A DNA stretch of 61,655 bases from a virus (taxonomy: Duplodnaviria > Caudoviricetes). The DNA lies in the IMG/VR virus record IMGVR_UViG_3300030372_004501, positions 1 through 61,655 of that record; one strand, written 5' to 3'. The translations under genes were made by a program, and so were the position numbers. Within the stretch, counting starts at the first letter, position 1. Each line of letters begins with the position of its first letter. Shown here piece after piece: positions 37,099 to 44,205 of this stretch. The notes beneath the pieces are model-generated. The model did no database searches. It was not told the DNA's origin and saw only the letters and a list, made by a program, of their open reading frames with translations.

Positions 37099-37364
37099 TA
37101 AAAGAAGTTGCAGCAGCTGGTAAAAAAATTTATGATACTCTTGTTAAAGCTGAAGATGAAATGTGGGATTTTAATGAAGTTGTGAATGAATTACAGACGC
37201 ACGTTAAAGTTCATGGTGTTACATTTCCCACATTAATGTTAATAGAGATTATAGATAAATTTGTAGAGGATAAGCCAAATCGTGAAAATAGAACACCTGA
37301 TGAGCGTCATGTACAGGAAGGATTTGATCGTGTCAGCGCAAAGTGGATGGGTAAAGCGAATTAA
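37095..37364 (+). CDS. Hypothetical protein
   Basis: ATGA-coupled ORF. Confidence 0.6.
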   Translation: MIKEVAAAGKKIYDTLVKAEDEMWDFNEVVNELQTHVKVHGVTFPTLMLIEIIDKFVEDKPNRENRTPDERHVQEGFDRVSAKWMGKAN

Positions 37365-37369
37365 ATTTG

Positions 37370-37648
37370 ATGGAAATAAAAACTATACCCATGGTACGCG
37401 TCACGTGGATGGATGCTTTGGATGGTGACACTGGATGGCAGGATTTGGAAACAATAATGAAGGGTGAACTTGCAACCTGCATGGATGTAGGTTGGATGGT
37501 CAAGAATAATGAAAATTGTGTTGTCATTATGGGCTCGTGGTGCACGGACCCGGATGATAAACATGGAGGAAGATATATTACCATACCAAAAGGGTGGGTA
37601 AAGAAAATTGAATATTTATATGTTGGACATGCAGACGTACGAAATTAA
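37370..37648 (+). CDS. Conserved hypothetical phage protein
   Basis: VRVTWMDA...GW...C..VGW...ITIPKGWV pattern. Confidence 0.65.
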   Translation: MEIKTIPMVRVTWMDALDGDTGWQDLETIMKGELATCMDVGWMVKNNENCVVIMGSWCTDPDDKHGGRYITIPKGWVKKIEYLYVGHADVRN

Positions 37649-38024
37649 TTTATGGCTTGATAAAAAGATTATTGAAAAAATTGTCAAGCAATTTGAAAAG
37701 GATGAGGATGTAATGGCATATATCAAGGATAATTTTGATACTACACCAGATCCAGAGTTTCCTGCATTAGATCCAGAGCGTGGTTATACGAGGCCTAAGG
37801 CTTCTAAGTATATTATTACATGGGCTAAAGTTCATACATATGTAAGGAAGAAAGGACCAACACGTCTTGAGTTGACTGAAGATGAGAAAGAGATACATAA
37901 GACATTAGAGAAATCCATAACAAAAGAAGCAATTGATGAATGGGGTCGAAATGAAATGCTACGTGAAGTAAGAAAAAATTATTGGAGTAACCCAAATGCC
38001 AAAGGGCTCAAAGACATTAGATAA
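37629..38024 (+). CDS. Hypothetical protein
   Basis: ATG at 37629 in frame with listed 37608 ORF. Confidence 0.55.
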   Translation: MQTYEINLWLDKKIIEKIVKQFEKDEDVMAYIKDNFDTTPDPEFPALDPERGYTRPKASKYIITWAKVHTYVRKKGPTRLELTEDEKEIHKTLEKSITKEAIDEWGRNEMLREVRKNYWSNPNAKGLKDIR

Positions 38025-38232
38025 ACAAGGACTCACTCCACGTCAGATGGAGGTATATAATCTTATTAAGGATTATATTAATGCGAATGGATTTGCGCCG
38101 TCGTATGAAGAAATAAAACAGCTTATGGGCTCGAGGTCCAAGGCCCATGTGCATGCATTTGTGCACCAATTAATCAGAAGAGGATGGATAGGAAGAGGAA
38201 ATGGCAGAAATAGGTCAATTTATATTTTGTAA
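37996..38232 (+). CDS. LexA-like winged-helix DNA-binding protein lacking the peptidase domain
   Basis: LTPRQMEVY..I......G.APSYEEI...SKAHVH....L.RRGWI.R....RSI matches LexA N-terminal domain; only 78 aa. Confidence 0.85.
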   Translation: MPKGSKTLDKQGLTPRQMEVYNLIKDYINANGFAPSYEEIKQLMGSRSKAHVHAFVHQLIRRGWIGRGNGRNRSIYIL

Positions 38233-38233
38233 T

Positions 38234-38489
38234 GTGGCACTACTAGTGGTATATTTGCTAAAAAGTTTTTTTTATTTTGTTACCGGGGATCAAACTGGTG
38301 CCACAGTGACACAATTGATGATTAATTCTTATAAATCAATTAGTTATTATGTGTCACCTATGTGTCACTACTCTAGACAACGCAAGGCACTTTTTTGTTT
38401 TTTAGAAAATAAAATGAGTAAAAACTCAACTATACTGCGGGGTACAGCATGGTAGATAAAAGATTAAGTGGTGCCACAAGTGGTGCCAC
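38234..38489. repeat. Cluster of seven GTGNCAC palindromes around terS start
   Basis: At 38234, 38298, 38306, 38351, 38362, 38471, 38483. Confidence 0.8.
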
Positions 38490-39057
38490 AAATATGGCAA
38501 AAAAGTATCCAATCCGTGATGATGGATTGACAGATAAACAACGTGTGTTTGTGAAGATATATGCTGAGAATGAAGGTAGATTGACACCAACAGAGTGCGC
38601 AAGACAAGCTGGATATAAGGAGGATAGAGCTAATACAACAGCATCTGAATTATTAAATGGTAAAAGATTTCCAAGAGTAGTAGAAGCTGTAATTGCACGC
38701 AGAGCTGAAATTGAAAAAACACATGAGGTTAAATTAAATAAACATGTACAAGAGTTGGCAAGATTGCGTGAGAAGTCTTTGTCTGAAAAGTCTTATTCTG
38801 CTGCTGTTAATGCTGAGCGGTTGCGGGGGCAGGCTGCAGGATTGTACATCGATAGAAAAGAAATACGAACGGGTTCAATTGACTCTATGTCTAGAGACGA
38901 CGTTTTAAAACAATTAAAAGAGTTAGGATTAACAGGTGAATTTAAAAAAGAAAATAATAAAACTGTCTTATCGGTCGAAACAAAATCCAATAGCGAAGGA
39001 CCTAAAGACATCACTGAAGTATCATCAGAGGGTGGTGAAAAGCAAGAAGAAGTATGA
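38449..39057 (+). CDS. terS: Terminase small subunit
   Basis: LTDKQRVFV..Y......T.CARQAGY....A...ASELL HTH; SAAVNAE.LRG...GLY; start may be 38494. Confidence 0.85.
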   Translation: MVDKRLSGATSGATNMAKKYPIRDDGLTDKQRVFVKIYAENEGRLTPTECARQAGYKEDRANTTASELLNGKRFPRVVEAVIARRAEIEKTHEVKLNKHVQELARLREKSLSEKSYSAAVNAERLRGQAAGLYIDRKEIRTGSIDSMSRDDVLKQLKELGLTGEFKKENNKTVLSVETKSNSEGPKDITEVSSEGGEKQEEV

Positions 39058-39467
39058 CCGTAAAGACGGAAACAAATTTTTGGAAGAGTGTAAAAATATC
39101 ATTAGAGGGTGGTAATTATATTTTTTCTCGTTTGGAAAGCTACGTTACTCCAGGATTCCCAGATTGTTTAATATTTCATAAAGACGTAGGTTTCTTCACA
39201 CTTGAGTTAAAGGTCGTCAATAGTAGTAATAAAGTGACACTATCACCATTCCAAATTGCATGGAATATGCGTCATGCATTAGCAGGAGCACCATCTTATA
39301 TCCTGGTTAGCCTGCCTGTCAGCGGCGATGTCAAATTGTTTCATGGCTGCAAAACCAAGGACCTCGGCGAAAGTAATGTGTTTCAAGTGCCCGGGTTGTA
39401 TGAAGGAAGGCTCGCGGACCTAGATTTGTGTCAAGTGGTTTCAAACTCCCAAACTCCCCATACATAA
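39054..39467 (+). CDS. VRR-NUC / Holliday-junction resolvase-like nuclease
   Basis: E..FW...RLES...PGFPD...LELK...LSPFQIAW. Confidence 0.75.
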   Translation: MTVKTETNFWKSVKISLEGGNYIFSRLESYVTPGFPDCLIFHKDVGFFTLELKVVNSSNKVTLSPFQIAWNMRHALAGAPSYILVSLPVSGDVKLFHGCKTKDLGESNVFQVPGLYEGRLADLDLCQVVSNSQTPHT

Positions 39468-39870
39468 ATTTCTTGTTGATAACCTGTGGATAAGTCGCAG
39501 CTGGTTCCCCGGCGCGCGATCCCGTTAACCTGACAAGTTAAAACTCCCAAAACCCTTATTTTCCGCCAAAAATTTCTTGATGCCTTCCCTAAATTAGCCC
39601 GGGCCCTTCACCAGGAAGCTGAGATGCCAGTCCCAAACTCCCAAACTCCCCAATGTTTCTCCCGTTTTTTTGCGAATCTTGTTCCTGCAGCTCCACGCAC
39701 CGGGCGCGCCGGGGATTCCCGATCAGAGATGATTCGTACCAGTTGGGTAGCTGTCCAAGTTCCGTGAAGCTCGAAAAAGTTATCCACAATTAATTTGAAA
39801 TAGTTGTATATTTCGTGATTCGGAAATGTTATAATAAGATAATTCATTAAGAATTAGAAATGGAGTTACT

Positions 39871-40074
39871 ATGGATCAAGATTTAATAAGAGTATTAGAA
39901 AGGATTGCTAATACTTTAGAAGAAAACAACGAAGTTCTAAATAGGATTGCGAATCACTATGATGGGGTTGTTCCTGTTATGACACGCAATGCTAAACGTG
40001 TTGAGGAAGCACACGAAGAAGCACAGAAAAGTTTCTTGGGCAATCTATTCGGAGAGCCAGAAACACAAAATTAA
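39871..40074 (+). CDS. Small hypothetical early protein
   Basis: TGtTATAAT at 39827-39835, GGAG RBS, downstream hairpin 40082-40108. Confidence 0.7.
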   Translation: MDQDLIRVLERIANTLEENNEVLNRIANHYDGVVPVMTRNAKRVEEAHEEAQKSFLGNLFGEPETQN

Positions 40075-40382
40075 ACCATAGGTTTGGGGGATTCAAACTC
40101 CCCCAAACTCCCTTGTGTATAAACTGTGGATATCCTGTGGATAAGTCGCGCCCGGGAAACCAGGGCCCGCTGCGCAAACTCCCAAACTCCCTTTCGTACA
40201 AAAACCTAAGGTTTCTGGGATTTTTTGTGGGCTGCTTCAGGCACCGGGCGCGCCGGTACTTCTTCCGCTTCCTTCGGAATAAAATGGCAGATTTGTTGAT
40301 GTCCCGGGTTGACAATTGGCGTTCCAGGAGCTATAAACGCAGATGCAGCAGGAGCTGCAGGTTGGGAAGAAAGAGAGATGAC

Positions 40383-40457
40383 ATGGATTACTTAATGATG
40401 ATAATACCCTTGAAAATAGCCTTTATTATATGGATGATTTGGTATTTAACTCCCTAA
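40383..40457 (+). CDS. 24-aa membrane peptide
   Basis: MDYLMMIIPLKIAFIIWMIWYLTP*; upstream TTGACA(40309)-N17-TATAAA(40332). Confidence 0.5.
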   Translation: MDYLMMIIPLKIAFIIWMIWYLTP

Positions 40458-40829
40458 AACTCCCAAACTCCCTATTGTCAAACTTTGGTCGTGGTTCTTG
40501 GGTCTCGGAGCTCTGACGCACCGGGCGCGCCCGGGTTTCCATCAGGGAAAAGTGAAAATCCCACACGATTTAGTTATCCACAAGAAAAAGAAAGATGAGG
40601 TTGTGATGGATTACATTTGATGATATAATGATGACAAGTAGCTAGACAAGTGTAAGACTAGAAGCATCTTGTGATAATTTCCTACTGAGGCAAGATAAAC
40701 GGTGTTAATCGGCTCTTGCCTCAAACTCCCAAACTCCCAAACTCCTAACACATCAAACTATCAACATGATTCGATTTCCCGGGGCAGCGGGATCCTCCTT
40801 CCAGCAGGTAATGATGCTGATGTTTAGGC

Positions 40830-40857
40830 AAAAAAAAACTAGCCCCGAAGGGCTAGT
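40830..40857 (-). terminator. Rho-independent terminator (minus strand)
   Basis: ACTAGCCC-TTCG-GGGCTAGT followed by a T8 run on minus strand. Confidence 0.9.
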
Positions 40858-40950
40858 GATACTCGATTATTATTATGATTGTCATAATAACCCCCTTTAT
40901 ATTGTTTCCATTTGGGTTATCGAGTTATAGGATTAACGATTATTTGGGAA

Positions 40951-41238
40951 TTAACTATCAGTTAATCCTAATCTTTTCATAAGATATCCAATGTCGTTTT
41001 GTAAATGGTGTAATAAATCTTTTCCTCCCTCATCTGCATTTTGACTAGCCCATTCAACTATTGAATTACATAGTATTCCAGATATTAACTTCCAATCTGG
41101 ACTCTTAGTCTTTGGTAGTTTAGATAGTACTTCTTCAAGATTAACATCACCAACTTGTTTTGTTTTAACATAAGCTGTTAGTTCCTCAACAAGTGGTGCA
41201 ATATTAACATTGTTTGTTGTTATTATTTCGTTAGGCAT
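40951..41238 (-). CDS. Hypothetical protein
   Basis: AAGGGA RBS; own promoter TTGACA(41331)-N18-TACAAT and terminator. Confidence 0.7.
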   Translation of the reverse strand: MPNEIITTNNVNIAPLVEELTAYVKTKQVGDVNLEEVLSKLPKTKSPDWKLISGILCNSIVEWASQNADEGGKDLLHHLQNDIGYLMKRLGLTDS

Positions 41239-41490
41239 AATTAATTCCCTTTCTATTTCTAGCTCATTAGTAGCATGAACACATAACCATTGATATAGTT
41301 AATTGTATTAAGTTGTGGATAACTATGTCAATAGCTAATAGTAGTAAGTTGTGGATAACCTGTGGATAACTCGCCCGGGATACTCCTTATTGCGGCTCGC
41401 TTCGCTCGCCGCCCGGTCCCAATCTTCGATGGGGGTAACCCCCCCTTTTGCGTCTACCTCCCCTAGAGCCGACGAAGATTGAGTTTGAGA

Positions 41491-41519
41491 GTGACAAACA
41501 CCACATAAAACGTTATAAT
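41491..41519 (+). promoter_or_regulatory. sigma70-like promoter for terL
   Basis: GTGACA-N17-TATAAT. Confidence 0.6.
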
Positions 41520-41545
41520 GTCTTTCTTAAAAAAATTTTTAAAAA

Positions 41546-43003
41546 ATGGAAAACGTTTCTAGTTTAGAATCCTTAGATACAAACACATTAAAGTTAATTC
41601 TCAAAAATGCTTTGGAAGATAAGCGTGAAAAAATTCAAGGTGATTTTTTAAGTTTTGTTAAAGAGGTTTGGCCTGAGTTTGTTGAAGGTAAACACCACAA
41701 AATTTATGCGGAAAAACTTAATCGTATTGCAAATGGTGAGCTTAAAAGACTTATTGTCAATATGCCACCAAGACACACAAAATCAGAATTTGCATCAAAC
41801 TTATTTCCGGCGTTCTTCATGGGTCGTCATCCAAAAGCCAAGCTTATTCAAACAACACACACAGGAGAATTAGCAATCAGGTTTGGACGTAAGGCAAAAA
41901 ATCTGATAGAATCAAGTGAATATGAAAAAGTTTTTCCCACAGTTAAACTTGCTGCTGATTCTAAAGCAGCTGGTCGTTGGGAGTCTAATCATGGTGGTGA
42001 GTATTTTGCTGCCGGCGTTGGCGGTGCTATTACTGGGCGTGGGGCTGATTTACTCATTATTGATGATCCTCATTCGGAACAAGATGCTCTTTCTCCTACT
42101 GTTCTTGAGTCTCATTATGATTGGTATACTTCTGGACCAAGACAACGTCTTCAACCTGGTGGTGCGATAGTTATAGTCATGACGCGTTGGTCAGTGAAAG
42201 ATCTCACTGGTAAATTGCTCGAGGCTCAAGGAAAAGATGAATTAACAGACAAATGGGAGGTTGTTGAGTTTCCTGCGATCATAAATGATAAACCTATGTG
42301 GGGTAATTTTTGGTCTTTGAAAGGATTACTCGGTGTTAAAGCTTCAATTCCGCTTACAAAGTGGCAAGCGCAGTGGATGCAGTCACCAACATCCGAAGAA
42401 GGAGCTCTAATTAAGCGTGAATGGTGGAAAATATGGGAAAAAAGTGAAATTCCAAACCTAGATTACATAATTCAGTCGTATGATACAGCTTTTTCCAAAA
42501 AAGAAACAGCAGATTACTCCGCAATTACAACTTGGGGCATTTTTGATCCCGATGATAACACTGGATCAGCATTAATTTTGCTTGATGCAAAAAAAGGACG
42601 ATGGAATTTTCCAGAATTGAAGAAAAAAGCACTTGAAGAGTATAAATATTGGGAACCAGAGCAAGTAATTATTGAAGCAAAAGCATCTGGAACACCACTT
42701 ACACACGAATTACAAAAAATGGGCATACCAGTTTTAAACTTTACACCGTCAAAAGGAAATGATAAGCATTCTAGAGTAAATAGTGTCTCTCCACTTTTTG
42801 AATCTGGAAAAATTTGGGCACCGGACGAAAAATTTGCGGAAGAAGTGATAGAAGAATGCGCTGCATTCCCATTTGGAGACAATGATGACTACGTGGATTC
42901 TACCACGCAAGCTTTAATGAAATATAGACAAGGTTACTACGTTGAATTAAAAGATGACTTCGTAGAAGAAAGTGTATATGTTGAGAATAGGGAGTATTAT
43001 TAA
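41546..43003 (+). CDS. terL: Terminase large subunit
   Basis: NMPPRHTKS (Walker A), ITGRGADLLIIDDP, MTRW, SYDTA...DYSA, IEAKASG, DDYVDS. Confidence 0.96.
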   Translation: MENVSSLESLDTNTLKLILKNALEDKREKIQGDFLSFVKEVWPEFVEGKHHKIYAEKLNRIANGELKRLIVNMPPRHTKSEFASNLFPAFFMGRHPKAKLIQTTHTGELAIRFGRKAKNLIESSEYEKVFPTVKLAADSKAAGRWESNHGGEYFAAGVGGAITGRGADLLIIDDPHSEQDALSPTVLESHYDWYTSGPRQRLQPGGAIVIVMTRWSVKDLTGKLLEAQGKDELTDKWEVVEFPAIINDKPMWGNFWSLKGLLGVKASIPLTKWQAQWMQSPTSEEGALIKREWWKIWEKSEIPNLDYIIQSYDTAFSKKETADYSAITTWGIFDPDDNTGSALILLDAKKGRWNFPELKKKALEEYKYWEPEQVIIEAKASGTPLTHELQKMGIPVLNFTPSKGNDKHSRVNSVSPLFESGKIWAPDEKFAEEVIEECAAFPFGDNDDYVDSTTQALMKYRQGYYVELKDDFVEESVYVENREYY

Positions 43004-44205
43004 TGAAATCACAAGGCATTTTATCGAGGTACGTGCGACCGGGGTATTCAAGAGGTCAATACGTCCAAGAAGCAAAAAAAGATGATATTGGTGGCGGTAT
43101 TAGAGACTACGATAAAAAACGAAGAGAATTTTTTAGAAATCCTAATTTAGTTTTATTTAAAAGAACAAGAAAGAGCGATGATAATCCTTATGATTATGAA
43201 GTTGAAGAATTAGACGTATCACAATTTGATCCTAAAAAAGTTAAGGATGGAACACAATTAATAATTCAATATAGTGGTGAAACAGGAGAGTTAATTCCTG
43301 GAACTGGTTTTGATGGCAGTATTGGTTTGGAAGATGCACCTTTTTTATTTTATTCTAGTCCAGGTGATGTCAGAAAATTATTAGATTCTACTGATTATGA
43401 TGATATGATTTACGGTAAACCTTTCGCGGACGATGCAACATTTCTTGATAAGGTAAAAGAAAGAACAAAAATGATGGGAAGAGGTATTGTAGGATTTGCA
43501 AAAAATCTTCCTGAAATGTCAATTGGTGCTTATCGTTTTTTACAACCAATTGATGCATTAGGTGGTATTGGACCCGTAGACACTCTTTTCCCAAAAAGTG
43601 AAGAACAAAAAAAACAAGTAGACGAAATGTATGAGTTTCCAGGTTATAGTAATTTAATGAGAGAAAAATATGGTATTGAACCTTTTCAAACACCTAAAGG
43701 TGTTTTTGGTGGTATACTTGATGCAGATGAATCTTTATATAAAGATACTTTAGTTGATGATCGAATGAAAGCAGGATTAATGCAACAAAGAGAATTATAT
43801 GATGTATTACAAATGTATGGTGATGATGAACTTAGAGCAGAATTAGAGGAAGAAGGCGCGAGCCCAGAAGAAATTCAAGAATATTTTGATATTAAAAACA
43901 TGACAGAGGAAGATTTTAAAGATTTAAAATATTATTCAGACCGTGATGCTTTATCACATGATATTCCAGGAGCATTTAGTAGTATTGCAGGAACTCTTCC
44001 CCTTGCAGCTGGACCACTTGGTGTCGTGGGCCAAGGAGCAAATCTCATAAGTAAAGGAAATAGATTAAGTCAAATGATAAGCAAATTAAGAAAGCCTGCT
44101 AAAGTTAAGGCGTTAGATGCAGGTGTTGGAACTGGTGTTATTCCAGGAAGTTTAGAAGCTCTAGGAAGAGAAGTTATACCAAGTGTAACAGATAAATTTG
44201 AGTAA
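43003..44205 (+). CDS. Hypothetical protein (possible virion cargo)
   Basis: 400 aa ORF TAATG-coupled between terL and next gene. Confidence 0.6.
   Translation: MKSQGILSRYVRPGYSRGQYVQEAKKDDIGGGIRDYDKKRREFFRNPNLVLFKRTRKSDDNPYDYEVEELDVSQFDPKKVKDGTQLIIQYSGETGELIPGTGFDGSIGLEDAPFLFYSSPGDVRKLLDSTDYDDMIYGKPFADDATFLDKVKERTKMMGRGIVGFAKNLPEMSIGAYRFLQPIDALGGIGPVDTLFPKSEEQKKQVDEMYEFPGYSNLMREKYGIEPFQTPKGVFGGILDADESLYKDTLVDDRMKAGLMQQRELYDVLQMYGDDELRAELEEEGASPEEIQEYFDIKNMTEEDFKDLKYYSDRDALSHDIPGAFSSIAGTLPLAAGPLGVVGQGANLISKGNRLSQMISKLRKPAKVKALDAGVGTGVIPGSLEALGREVIPSVTDKFE

Larger units (their letters stand above)
39443..40785. repeat. Array of ~7 modules: (AAACTCCC)2 followed about 32-50 nt later by a GC-rich CCGGG/CGCGC palindrome
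   Basis: AAACTCCC doublets at 39443, 39541, 39635, 40095, 40176, 40457, 40723; GCACCGGGCGCGCC at 39697, 40241, 40518; variants at 39507, 39597, 40147, 40778. Confidence 0.85.
39474..41369. promoter_or_regulatory. Cluster of DnaA boxes (TTATNCACA and 1-mismatch variants)
   Basis: Perfect TTATCCACA/TGTGGATAA at 39485, 39780, 40136, 40574, 41314, 41350, 41361; variants at 39474, 40114, 40125. Confidence 0.8.

Noticed and set aside
39589-40382. Listed ORFs across the repeat array (39589, 39608, 39992, 5' part of 40113)
   Set aside because: They run through repeats, palindromes and DnaA boxes with no convincing RBS; likely chance frames in GC-richer DNA
39632-40745. G-quadruplex on minus strand from GGGAGTTT repeats
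   Set aside because: No copy has four closely spaced G3 tracts (at most three)
39443-40785. Repeat array as a CRISPR array
   Set aside because: Repeats are short and bipartite, unit lengths vary from ~80 to ~460 bp, and there is no cas operon; the 15727 nuclease is a generic PD-(D/E)XK exonuclease
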